From Candidatus Woesebacteria bacterium (GTDB taxonomy: Bacteria; Patescibacteriota; Microgenomatia; UBA8517; UBA10165), in contig NZCP01000012.1 of NCBI GenBank assembly GCA_002686465.1, forward strand, positions 1 to 48,254: 48,254 nucleotides of DNA, given 5' to 3'. The translations under genes were made by a program, and so were the position numbers. Positions 7,868 through 17,333 of the stretch are shown in pieces. Position 1 is the stretch's first letter; every line of letters begins with the position of its first letter. The notes below the pieces were generated by a model. The model saw only the letters and a program-made list of their open reading frames with translations, made no database searches and was not told the origin of the DNA.

Positions 7868-9942
7868 TAACCCTCCTCTTTCTGCCCTTGTGCCAGAAAC
7901 TCCTCTGCATTATTTATCAAAACCTCTCGTGGTTTTGATCCGTCGGCAGGACCCACAACTCCAGATGATTCAAGCTGATCTAAAATTCTTGCAGCGCGTG
8001 CATATCCAATTGCAAGCCGGCGTTGTAATAAGGAAGCCGAGGCTCGGTCATGGGCTGCGATAACTTTTACAGAGTCGACAAAAAGCTCGTCTTTCTCCCC
8101 ACCTCCGACAAGGTTTTCAGTTGCCCGCGTTGGCATTGTGGTAACTTCCTCTGTGTACTGTGGTGCAACCCCGGTCTTGCGCAAGAACTCAATTAGTTTG
8201 GTTATATCGCTGTCTGAGATATAGGCCCCTTGGATACGTTTCGGTTTTGCCTCCTCCGGTGGCAAAAAGAGCATGTCTCCCCTTCCTAAAAGTCGCTCGG
8301 CTCCGGGCATATCAAGAATCACCCTGGAATCGACTTGAGACGCAACCGCAAACGCAACTCGACAAGGAATATTGGCCTTAATAAGCCCTGTTAGAATATC
8401 GACTGAGGGACGCTGTGTAGAAAGTAGCATGTGGATACCTGTTGCTCTACTCATTTGGGCAAGACGTGTTATTGAATCCTCAACCTCAACTGGCGAAAAA
8501 AGCATGATATCGGCCAGCTCATCAATGACAAGCACAATATAAGGAAGCGCTTGGAAACCAGAAATCTCGTTATATCCTTCAATATTACGTGCACCAACTT
8601 GGGCAAACATTTTATATCTCTGGTCCATCTCTTGGAGAAGATATTTTAAGGCAGATACAACTTTTTCTGGTTCAGTTATAACTGGGGCAAGAAGATGCGG
8701 AATACCGCTATAACCGGTTAACTCAACTCTCTTTGGGTCGACAAGAATAAACTTAACCTCGGCAGGGGATGCACGGAAAAGAATTGTTGAAATAAAAGAG
8801 TTTATTGCCACAGATTTACCAGAACCGGTCTGACCTGCAATTAAAGCGTGTGGCATTTTGGCCAAATCCATAACAAACGGCTTGCCTGCCACATCAAGTC
8901 CCAAAGAAAGCGCAAGCTTGGTTTTTGAATCTCGCATTGGGTCTGATTCAAGAATTTTCTTCAAAGGAACAAACTCTGGTGCGCTATTTGGAAGTTCGAG
9001 ACCAACAAGAGCTCGGCCAGGAATTGGTGCCTCAATTCTTATCTGCCCGGAAGGAGCAGCTAAAGCTAAAGCAAGATCGTTGGCAAGACCAGTGATTTTG
9101 GATAGTTTGGTACCGAGTGCAACCTCAATTGCATACTGCGTAACCGCAGGCCCCAGATTAACTTCAACAACTTTTGCTTGAATACCAAAAGATTCCAGAG
9201 TCCTTTCGACAACAGACGCATTTTCTTTTATATCCCCACGCTCGGCCTTTCCAGAAACAGACTCCGAAAGAAGAGACAGGGCAGGGTACTCCCAAACCCC
9301 TTCCTCACCTGGAACATTAACAGCTGGCCTTGTTAGGCTCTGATCTTCCGCTTTCTCGCCGGCGGCTGCCTTTACTGGCTGGTTAGCTTCTCCACCGGTT
9401 ACCTTAATATCAGCTCTTCCTTCAACAGACTTACCGCCTGTTCCTAAGATGTGCCGGCGGATCGCAATTAAAATAGAAAAGAAGAAGGCTAGAACATGAT
9501 CAAGTGATGCATTAAAAAGAACCAAAAACCCAATGATTGCACCGCCTAAGAAAATAACTGCTGCACCAGGAGACGTCACTAAAACTGCAATTGCGCTCCA
9601 TGCCTCCCTTCCTATCACTCCGGATTGTGTTAAAGAACCCAAAGAAATCGCAAGCAAGACTCCTCCTACCAAAACGTTTGGTTGATTAACAGGAGTACGA
9701 AAACGCGAAAGCATCAGGCCCGAGACGAGAAGGAGAAAGGGGATAAAAAGAGCTGTCCAGGAAAAATAATCAAGTAAAAGTGAATTCAAGCGAAAAAGGA
9801 GAGCGCCTTGACGCGAGAAAGAAAGAATAATAAGCCCTGCAAGGGAAAAGAAGAGTACCTGGCCAATAGAAAAAACCGTATGTTTTTTCAGCCTTATGTT
9901 AAAAGCTCGACGCCAAATTGGTCCGCGACGCAGTCTGGGCAT
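7867..9942 (-). CDS. ftsK: DNA translocase FtsK/SpoIIIE
   Basis: N-terminal TM segments; IRIEAPIPG, HALIAGQTGSGKS (Walker A), VIDELAD, TQRPSVD, gamma domain SASLLQRRLAIGYARAAR. Confidence 0.97.
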   Translation of the reverse strand: MPRLRRGPIWRRAFNIRLKKHTVFSIGQVLFFSLAGLIILSFSRQGALLFRLNSLLLDYFSWTALFIPFLLLVSGLMLSRFRTPVNQPNVLVGGVLLAISLGSLTQSGVIGREAWSAIAVLVTSPGAAVIFLGGAIIGFLVLFNASLDHVLAFFFSILIAIRRHILGTGGKSVEGRADIKVTGGEANQPVKAAAGEKAEDQSLTRPAVNVPGEEGVWEYPALSLLSESVSGKAERGDIKENASVVERTLESFGIQAKVVEVNLGPAVTQYAIEVALGTKLSKITGLANDLALALAAPSGQIRIEAPIPGRALVGLELPNSAPEFVPLKKILESDPMRDSKTKLALSLGLDVAGKPFVMDLAKMPHALIAGQTGSGKSVAINSFISTILFRASPAEVKFILVDPKRVELTGYSGIPHLLAPVITEPEKVVSALKYLLQEMDQRYKMFAQVGARNIEGYNEISGFQALPYIVLVIDELADIMLFSPVEVEDSITRLAQMSRATGIHMLLSTQRPSVDILTGLIKANIPCRVAFAVASQVDSRVILDMPGAERLLGRGDMLFLPPEEAKPKRIQGAYISDSDITKLIEFLRKTGVAPQYTEEVTTMPTRATENLVGGGEKDELFVDSVKVIAAHDRASASLLQRRLAIGYARAARILDQLESSGVVGPADGSKPREVLINNAEEFLAQGQKEEG

Positions 9943-9997
9943 GGTAAGGAGATTATATCAGAAGTGATGCAGGAAGAGTAAGAGACAGAGCTAGAGT

Positions 9998-11126
9998 TCA
10001 GTCGAGAAATTTAAATGTGGAGAGGATTTGGTTTGCCGTTTTGCTTGGTTTAATCCGCGTGGCAATACCTATGTAAGTGTAGTCCCTTTTAGGATTTGGG
10101 AGATATATTATTTGAGATTGAGAGAACAGACTACCCAATACTATGTGCTTATACCCTTTAATATTATTGAGCGTTGTTTCAACAGGAGGACTATCGCTGA
10201 CCCCCGACTTTCTGTCTTCGAATTCCTGATTAACGAATTCTTCTAGGGATTGGGATTCCAAGATTCCACTGAAGAATGAAACCGCCTCGCCAGGTGCATC
10301 TATTGGTCGTGAACGTTCTTGTGGAGACAGATCAATAAAGATTCTACCAGTACCTGTGACAGATGGTGTCACCTCAAACGGGTGTTTAAATTGTATTCCA
10401 AGTTGAGCGCTTACATATGTTTCCCAGCCGGCAGTCTCGTCTACGAATCTGAAAGTGGAGAGGATTTGGTCAAAGCGACCCCATTTAACTCCGGCAACTG
10501 AATTATCATAACCCCCTATCATATAAATAAATTCGCCATTTTTGACAACAACACGCCTATCGTCCGCACCCCCAGGTTGCTGCACTCCATATAAGTTCCC
10601 TTCAAAAACTACAGCGGCTTTTCCTCCAACTTGGATATCGGGTAACCGGGTAAAAACCTCTCCCTGTGGCTGGTCTGGTGGTTTCACCACGTCACCAGTT
10701 TTTGTAGAAAGATAATCTTGCATGTTGGTTGCAAAACTATCGTAGTTATACACACCTGAGTATGGGAAATTTACAAAGGACTCGACAGGCGCACTAAAAA
10801 GGGCATTCACATAAAATTCAGGAGCGCTGGGACCTTCTTGAACTTCGTAGTTCAACGTCATGCTATTCTCATCACCGCTCGCAGGAGTTACGCCAGCACC
10901 ATAGAACGCCTTATAAATAGATGGATACTTGAATTCATAACCATATTTTACGTTTGTATACGTTTCCCAGTCAGAAGTCTCGTCGGATGCAGGTGTTGGT
11001 TGGGGGGATTGATAAGCAGGAGCTAGTAGGCCGAAAGAGGGAATAACACCTGCCTTGCCTAAAAAATATACTCCTGCGGTAACAGCTACTAAAACTAGGA
11101 TTCCTAAAAAACCCCACTTGCTTCAC
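9998..11126 (-). pseudogene. Membrane-anchored two-domain surface protein (PsbP-like, ILSTFKFLD repeats) with a frameshift near its 5' end
   Basis: GTG 11126 reads MKQVGF. Removing one T from the G4T6 tract (11106-11115) continues LGILVLVAVTAGVYFLGK...DETSDWETYTN...YEFKYP into ORF 9998..10861 and matches the paralog N-terminus MKQKGFSGVLVLIFVVTVAAGAYFLGK. Confidence 0.75.
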
Positions 11127-11224
11127 AAGCCTATTATATCTTGCCCGTATAAACATAACAAACGATAATGACAAACTGACACGTATATGCGTGGCTCTTG
11201 GTCAAGTTGTTATAGGATACAGGA

Positions 11225-11869
11225 TTAGTCGAGAAATTTGAAGGTGGAGAGGACTGTCTCAAAAACTTGCTCATAATCTCTGTGGGTTCCTGTATACGTA
11301 AGATGGAAAGCATACCAATTTCCATTGCTTAACTTCTCTCCTGTTGTGGTCGCAATCATCCAAATTTTATTTTCCCCAGGCTTAATTTCTGCGTCTTCTG
11401 AATACTCAATGTCTTTTTCAATAAATATCTTTACTTGACCATTGGCCGTTTCTCCAAGGCTATAACTTTTTGTAGGAACAAAAGGTCCGTACCCATCGGG
11501 ATTTGCTTCAAACTTTAAGAAAAAATCATCTCCTGCTTGTTTATCTTTAAATTCAACTACATTCCACCTATTTCCCAAAGATGGATATTCGGTCTTAACA
11601 TATTCCTTTGTAATCTCAAAATTATCTGGGTAGGAAAACTCAACTTTATCCTTTTCACTTTTATATACCTTCCAATTTACAGTTGCGTCGTCCACAGGAA
11701 CTTGTGGAGGAGAAGGGGGTTCGCCAACCTCTGGTGCAGGAGACCGTGAAGTAGTGGCCGGTGGGCCGAAAAAGGGGACAATATCTGATTTACCCAAGAA
11801 ATATGCTCCAGCAGCAACAGTTACTACGAATATTAAAACCAATACTCCTGAAAAACCTTTTTGTTTCAT
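11225..11869 (-). CDS. Membrane-anchored surface protein (PsbP-like domain), paralog of the adjacent gene
   Basis: N-terminal TM, Pro-rich linker, WKVY...FSYP, C-terminal VLSTFKFLD; ATG abuts the rnj stop. Confidence 0.75.
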   Translation of the reverse strand: MKQKGFSGVLVLIFVVTVAAGAYFLGKSDIVPFFGPPATTSRSPAPEVGEPPSPPQVPVDDATVNWKVYKSEKDKVEFSYPDNFEITKEYVKTEYPSLGNRWNVVEFKDKQAGDDFFLKFEANPDGYGPFVPTKSYSLGETANGQVKIFIEKDIEYSEDAEIKPGENKIWMIATTTGEKLSNGNWYAFHLTYTGTHRDYEQVFETVLSTFKFLD

Positions 11870-13528
11870 TTATACTTCGACCACAACAGGCAAAACCATC
11901 GGCTGTCGGCCGGTCTCGTCAAAGAAAAAGCGACCAAGGAAATCGACAATCACGTCTTTTGCTCCTCGTCCGTCTCCTTTTCTTATTTTTCCTTGAAGCT
12001 GACCTACGAGCTCTACACCTGCACGATCCAAAAACGACTGCTGTTCTTTTGCAAAAACAAACCCTCGACTTATTAATTCTGGTTTGCCAACAATCTTTCC
12101 TGACGCTTTATCTAGTTGAAGTATTACAATGACAACACCTTCCTTTGCCAAAGTTTTTCTGTCTTTCAAAACAACTTGCCCTACATCTCCAACTCCCAGT
12201 CCATCAACCAAAACACTTTTTGCAGGAACAGTCTCTCCCTTGATTGCACTATCCTTGGTAAACTCAACAACTTCTCCCTCTCGTAATTCAAAAACAGTCT
12301 CTGGCTTCCACCCCATCTTCTCAGCAAGTTTTCTATGAGCCCTCATATGTCTGATTGTTCCACCAATTGGTAAGATGTATTTGGGTCTAACAAGAGCAAA
12401 AAGCATTTCGATGTCTTTTTGCGAACCGTGTCCTGAGACGTGGAGATCTTCTTGTGTATCGTAGTAGTGAACTTCGGCTCCATTCTCTATAAGATTGTCT
12501 ACAATGTAATTAACAGCAGATTCAGTCCCTGGGGGAGCTGGATCTCCAGAAAAGATAACAACATCTTTCTCCTTAATCTTTAAAAATTGATGCTCGCCAA
12601 GTGCTGCTCGATATAGAGCTGATCCCACTTGCCCATAACTACCTGAGACAACATATAAAACTTGATTCTCGGCAAGCTTTGCGGCTTGCTTTGACGAAAT
12701 AACAAGACCATTCCCATAATTGAGATAACCTAGCTTTCTTGCAATCTCTGACTTCTTCTCAATTGATCTTCCTAGCAAAACAACTTTTCTTCCCAAACGA
12801 TCTGCAACATGTAAAACTTGTTGTATGCGCGATATGTTCGAAGAGATAGTTGTAAAGAAAACTCTACTTTTTGCTTCCTCAACAATTAATTCAATTGTCT
12901 TTTCGATCTCGAGCTCAGAATGTGTATACCCGGGTGATGTTGCACCAAGTGAGTCTGAGGCCAAAGCTACCACTCCATCTTTTGCCAACCTTGCAGCTTT
13001 GGCAATATCAAAAGGCTTTTGGCTAACCGGTGTCCAGTCAAATTTATAATCAGGAACGTGGAAGATTTTCCCAGCAGGTGTTTCGATAGAAAACCCAACG
13101 CTGTCGGGTATTGAATGGGTAACACGGAAAGAGTCTATTCTAAATTGGCCGATCTTAAACTGGTCTCCTTCTGGATCAAAAACATTAACCTTGATCCCGC
13201 GAATTCCGTAGTCCGCAAATTTGTCCTCAATAAAGCCTGCTACTAGTTTGGTTGCGTAAATTGGTACTTTGAACTCTTGGAATAGAAAGGGGAGTGCCCC
13301 AAGATGATCCTCGTGGCCATGGGTAACTAGGACAGCACGAACCCGATTTTTGTTTTTAACAAGGTAAGAAAAATCAGGGATTTGCAGATCTATGCCAAAG
13401 GCTGCCTCCTCAGGAAAACCAATACCACAATCGACAATAATAATGTCGTTTCCGTATTCATAAACATACATGTTCTCGGTAACACCGGTTGTTCCCGAAA
13501 TTGCAATAAACTTTAACAAGTTTGTCAT
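11870..13528 (-). CDS. rnj: Ribonuclease J
   Basis: IIVDCG, THGHEDHLG, THSIPDS, DYKFD, HVSGHG metallo-beta-lactamase/beta-CASP motifs; C-terminal RQPMVLPVVVEV. Confidence 0.96.
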   Translation of the reverse strand: MTNLLKFIAISGTTGVTENMYVYEYGNDIIIVDCGIGFPEEAAFGIDLQIPDFSYLVKNKNRVRAVLVTHGHEDHLGALPFLFQEFKVPIYATKLVAGFIEDKFADYGIRGIKVNVFDPEGDQFKIGQFRIDSFRVTHSIPDSVGFSIETPAGKIFHVPDYKFDWTPVSQKPFDIAKAARLAKDGVVALASDSLGATSPGYTHSELEIEKTIELIVEEAKSRVFFTTISSNISRIQQVLHVADRLGRKVVLLGRSIEKKSEIARKLGYLNYGNGLVISSKQAAKLAENQVLYVVSGSYGQVGSALYRAALGEHQFLKIKEKDVVIFSGDPAPPGTESAVNYIVDNLIENGAEVHYYDTQEDLHVSGHGSQKDIEMLFALVRPKYILPIGGTIRHMRAHRKLAEKMGWKPETVFELREGEVVEFTKDSAIKGETVPAKSVLVDGLGVGDVGQVVLKDRKTLAKEGVVIVILQLDKASGKIVGKPELISRGFVFAKEQQSFLDRAGVELVGQLQGKIRKGDGRGAKDVIVDFLGRFFFDETGRQPMVLPVVVEV

Positions 13529-13575
13529 AGAATGATAAATTTAAGTTTGTCCACTTTTTTAATTCCTATTGTTTT

Positions 13576-14196
13576 TTACACTAGGCTCATCTGTTCACCT
13601 TTAGCCTTTTTTTCTTGCACATCCTGTTTCCTTCTTTCTAAAACCTCAGGTATTATTTTAAAATCCTCCCGAATCTGTTCCATTATCGCACCCGCTCTAA
13701 GTGCTGCTGCCGGATGATACATCGGCACGACTGCCAAACTTTCTCCCTTCCATTCTACCACTTGAGGTTTTCCATGCACACTAGAAATTTTTGCTCCGGG
13801 CAAAAACTTGCCCATGGAAAAGCGTCCTAAAGTCACAATTACTTTAGGATCAACAACCTCAATCTCGCGATCTACATAAGGCTGGAAAGCTGCAATCTCT
13901 TCTGGTTGCGGATCACGATTTGATGGCGGGCGGAAACGTACAACATTCGAGATATATACATCTTCTCGCTTCATTCCTATGCTCTCAACAAGCCTGTCCA
14001 AAAGTTGTCCTGCTTGTCCAACAAAAGGCCTTCCTTGTTGGTCCTCGTTATAGCCTGGACCTTCGCCAATAAAGTAAATCTCGGCATCCGGATTCCCTTC
14101 ACCAAAAACAAGGCGTGTTGCACCCTCTCTTAATGGAAGAGACTTATCATCTTCCATCTCCTTTTTAACCTTCTCTAGCTCTTCAATTTTGTTCAT
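13576..14196 (-). CDS. udg: Uracil-DNA glycosylase, family 4
   Basis: FIGEGPG, GRPFVGQAG, YISNVV, RPPSNRDP, YHPAAALR. TTG at 14202 is an alternative start. Confidence 0.93.
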   Translation of the reverse strand: MNKIEELEKVKKEMEDDKSLPLREGATRLVFGEGNPDAEIYFIGEGPGYNEDQQGRPFVGQAGQLLDRLVESIGMKREDVYISNVVRFRPPSNRDPQPEEIAAFQPYVDREIEVVDPKVIVTLGRFSMGKFLPGAKISSVHGKPQVVEWKGESLAVVPMYHPAAALRAGAIMEQIREDFKIIPEVLERRKQDVQEKKAKGEQMSLV

Positions 14197-14198
14197 AC

Positions 14199-14684
14199 TC
14201 AAATTGCAACGTCTACAAATTCTACCTTATTTTTTTCTGTATCGTAAACTGCAAAAGAAGGTATATCTGCTTTTTGTAGGGCGCCAGGATTAACAAGAAT
14301 TGTCTTGCCGTGCTTTTCATTTTTCTTCCTGTGCGTATGCCCGTGGAATAAAACATCATACTCCTGGCTCTTCAGGGCGTTTTTTAGTTTACCGGGGAAA
14401 TGGCAAATGCCGATCTGTCTCCCGCCTAGTTCAAGTTTCAAGAAATCATCATTAAATTTAACTTTAGCTTTTCTTAAACTTGTAGCTATTCGTGGGTCAT
14501 AATCCGCATTTCCCAAAACCCCGTAAACTGGAATTTTTACACCTTTCATTGCATCAGCCGCATCTTTCGTCCCCCAATCACCACAATGAATTATGGCATC
14601 CAAATTTGCCTGTGTGGCATACCCTATCGTATGTTTGAGTCGTACAATATTTCCGTGGCTATCGGAGATAGTAAGAATTTTCAT
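14199..14684 (-). CDS. YfcE/MJ0936-family metallophosphoesterase
   Basis: ISDSHGN, HCGD, GNAD, HGHTH, VNPG. Confidence 0.92.
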   Translation of the reverse strand: MKILTISDSHGNIVRLKHTIGYATQANLDAIIHCGDWGTKDAADAMKGVKIPVYGVLGNADYDPRIATSLRKAKVKFNDDFLKLELGGRQIGICHFPGKLKNALKSQEYDVLFHGHTHRKKNEKHGKTILVNPGALQKADIPSFAVYDTEKNKVEFVDVAI

Positions 14685-14751
14685 CTCGCTCCTTTTAGTC
14701 GCTTAACAAAAAGTTCTTGACTCGAGCTGACGCTCGCTATAGATATTTTCA

Positions 14752-17052
14752 CTAGAATCTTCTTTTTGAGGGTACTAGTCTGCTTGCTGGGAAATGTGGA
14801 CCACTGCGTTCGTTTTCACTGCGTCCTCTTTGTGGTTGACTTCCACGCCCTCTAGGGCTAAACCGATTATCTCTTCTACCACCGCGACTATCGCCGCGAC
14901 GACTATCGCCTCGACGATTATCATCACGACGGTTCATATCTCCCCTGTCTCCGCCACGATGATCTCTACTCCCTGATTCTTTTTCTTTCTCTTTTTCAGG
15001 ATCAAGAATCATAGTAAGGTTAATTCTTTTCATTTGGTCAATCTCTTTGACCCGAACCTGAACCTTGTCTCCCTCTTTAACAACGTCATTAGGATCTTTC
15101 ACAAATCCTTCTGACATGTCGGACACATGCACTAATCCGTCTTTACCAGGCAAAACTTCAACAAAGGCTCCAAAGGGTTGGATTCTTTTTACTTCTCCTT
15201 CGTAAACCTCCCCTGGTTGTACCTCTTTTATCAAGTTTTCAACATACTCTTGGGCTTTTGAGACAGAGCCTTTGTCCGGTCCTGAGATAACAACGGATCC
15301 ATCGTCTTCAACGTCTAGGTGTGCCCCGGTTGTTGCCATAATGTCTTTGATCTGTCTTCCGCCAGGACCAATAATCTCACCAATTTTTTCAACAGGAATG
15401 TTGATTTTAATAACACTTGGTGCATACTTTGAGACATCCTCGCGAGGCTTGTCTACCACATCAGTCATTTTAGATAAGATAAATAGACGCCCCGTGTTTG
15501 CCTGCTTGAGAGCCTTTTCTAAAATCGCAAACGTAAGACTAGCCGTTTTGACATCAAGTTGAATCGCTGTAACACCGTCTTTTGTACCTGCAACCTTAAA
15601 GTCCATATCCCCTGTAAAGTCCTCGGTTCCTAAAATATCCGAAAGTATTGCTGTCTTTTTATCCTCTATAATAAGTCCCATCGCAATTCCTGCAACAGGA
15701 GCGCTAATTGGAACACCTGCGTCCATTAAAGAAAGCGTTGATCCGCAAGTCGACGCCATGCTGGTTGACCCGTTAGAAGCCATTATTTCTGAAACAACTT
15801 GGATCGTATACGGAAAGTCTTCCTGTTTTGGAAGAACTGGAATGAGCGCGCGCTCTGCCAATGCTCCGTGTCCAATTTCTCGTCTTCCAGGCGATCCCAC
15901 ACGACCTGTTTCCCCAGTCGTAAAAGGCGGCATGTTGTAGTGATGAATATAGTGCTTGTTTTCCTCACCTTCCGCTGTCTCCAAAAGCTGGGAAAGGTCT
16001 GGTGAACCAAGTGTTGCAATCGTAAGGGCCTGGGTTTGGCCTCTTTGAAAGACTGCTGAGCCATGAGTTCTGGGTAAAACCCCGACCTCAACTGAGATCT
16101 CGCGTATCTGATCGAGTTTTCGCCCATCAAGCCTTTTTCCTGCCAACGTTTCTTTTCTAATCCTGTTTTTTGTAACTTCCTCGATAGCACCTGATACCAA
16201 GCCTGCTTTTTCTTTTCCAACCTCCTCGATGATTGCGTCTTCTATCTCAGTCGCACTGACACTATCCTTTGCAGAGTTTGCTTTTGCAAAATCGTAAAGC
16301 TGGCTCCCAAACTTTTTGTCAATTAAGTGGATAAGTTCTTTGTCCTTTTTATCCTCAACTTTTTGCTTTTCTACGCCTATCTTTTTGGCAAGCTCAGAAA
16401 TTCCCTTAATTATCTTTTGTGCCTCTTTTTGCCCAAACTCAACGGCTTCCAAAACTTTCTTTTCAGAAACTTGATTTGCCCCCGCCTCTATCATGAATAT
16501 ACTGTCTTTGCTTGTCGATAATACTAGTTCTAGGTCAGAGGTTTTCATTTCTTCATTTGTAGGATTGGCAACGGGTTTTCCATCTTTTGTACCAATCTTT
16601 AAAGAGGCAACAGGACCACTCCAAGGAATGCTAGATGTGGCAAGCGCAGCTGATGCACCGATCATTGCAAGAGTAGATGGGTCGTTTTCTCCGTCTACTG
16701 AAAGAACGGTTGCAATAACCTGAACATCCTTTTTATACGCTTTTGGGAAAAGTGGTCTAATCGATCGGTCGGTCAATCTTGCAGTAAGGATCTCGTCATC
16801 CGTTGGTCTACCATCGCGTTTTACCCATCTACTACCTTTTATCTTCCCCCCTGCATAAAGCTTCGCGAAATAGTCAACGGTAAGTGGGAAGTAATCAAGG
16901 TCTGTGTCTTTTTGTGAGGCAACCACGGTTACCAAAACCATTGTGTCGCCCAATCTTGCAACAACAGCCGAATCAGCAAAGGACGCGAACCGTCCGTGTT
17001 CTAGCGTAAGGGTCTGTCCCCCAATTTTTATTTCTTCTACTACAATTTTCAT
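14752..17052 (-). CDS. pnp: Polyribonucleotide nucleotidyltransferase (PNPase)
   Basis: DYFPLTVDY, RTHGSAVFQRGQTQ, RREIGHG, SNGSTSMAS, GDMDFKVAGT, KH and S1 domains, RG/D-rich tail. Confidence 0.98.
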   Translation of the reverse strand: MKIVVEEIKIGGQTLTLEHGRFASFADSAVVARLGDTMVLVTVVASQKDTDLDYFPLTVDYFAKLYAGGKIKGSRWVKRDGRPTDDEILTARLTDRSIRPLFPKAYKKDVQVIATVLSVDGENDPSTLAMIGASAALATSSIPWSGPVASLKIGTKDGKPVANPTNEEMKTSDLELVLSTSKDSIFMIEAGANQVSEKKVLEAVEFGQKEAQKIIKGISELAKKIGVEKQKVEDKKDKELIHLIDKKFGSQLYDFAKANSAKDSVSATEIEDAIIEEVGKEKAGLVSGAIEEVTKNRIRKETLAGKRLDGRKLDQIREISVEVGVLPRTHGSAVFQRGQTQALTIATLGSPDLSQLLETAEGEENKHYIHHYNMPPFTTGETGRVGSPGRREIGHGALAERALIPVLPKQEDFPYTIQVVSEIMASNGSTSMASTCGSTLSLMDAGVPISAPVAGIAMGLIIEDKKTAILSDILGTEDFTGDMDFKVAGTKDGVTAIQLDVKTASLTFAILEKALKQANTGRLFILSKMTDVVDKPREDVSKYAPSVIKINIPVEKIGEIIGPGGRQIKDIMATTGAHLDVEDDGSVVISGPDKGSVSKAQEYVENLIKEVQPGEVYEGEVKRIQPFGAFVEVLPGKDGLVHVSDMSEGFVKDPNDVVKEGDKVQVRVKEIDQMKRINLTMILDPEKEKEKESGSRDHRGGDRGDMNRRDDNRRGDSRRGDSRGGRRDNRFSPRGRGSQPQRGRSENERSGPHFPASRLVPSKRRF

Positions 17053-17056
17053 TCAA

Positions 17057-17326
17057 TTATTTTGAGAGCCCAAGGTCTTTAATTAGACCTTTGTATCGCT
17101 TTTCTTCTTTTCTACCGAGGTAAGAAAGAAGTCTTCGCCTCTTTGCAACCATAGACAAAAGTCCACGTCGTGAATGTTCGTCTTTTTTGTGCTCCTGTAG
17201 ATGCGTGCTTAACCGCTCTATCTGGGCTGTAAGAAGTGCTACTTGAACCTCGGGGCTTCCTGTATCATCTTCTGCTTGAGCAAATTTTTTAATTATTTTT
17301 TTCTTCTTATCCGGAGAAAGAGCCAT
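17057..17326 (-). CDS. rpsO: 30S ribosomal protein S15
   Basis: [13 protein letters not shown]...[12 protein letters not shown]...RRRLLSYL; canonical rpsO-pnp order. Confidence 0.98.
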   Translation of the reverse strand: MALSPDKKKKIIKKFAQAEDDTGSPEVQVALLTAQIERLSTHLQEHKKDEHSRRGLLSMVAKRRRLLSYLGRKEEKRYKGLIKDLGLSK

Positions 17327-17333
17327 ATTCGTC

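Noticed and set aside
11123..11128. Genetic code 25 (TGA=Gly) as the explanation for the broken gene
   Set aside because: TGA ends conserved genes at their expected C-termini (sortase, yfcE, hrcA, pcrA), and long genes contain no internal TGA.
7489..11869. Diversity-generating retroelement (Avd-like gene near repeated C-terminal sequences)
   Set aside because: No reverse transcriptase in the window. The ILSTFKFLD copies are short and differ mainly at synonymous positions, not specifically at adenines, so there is no TR/VR pair.
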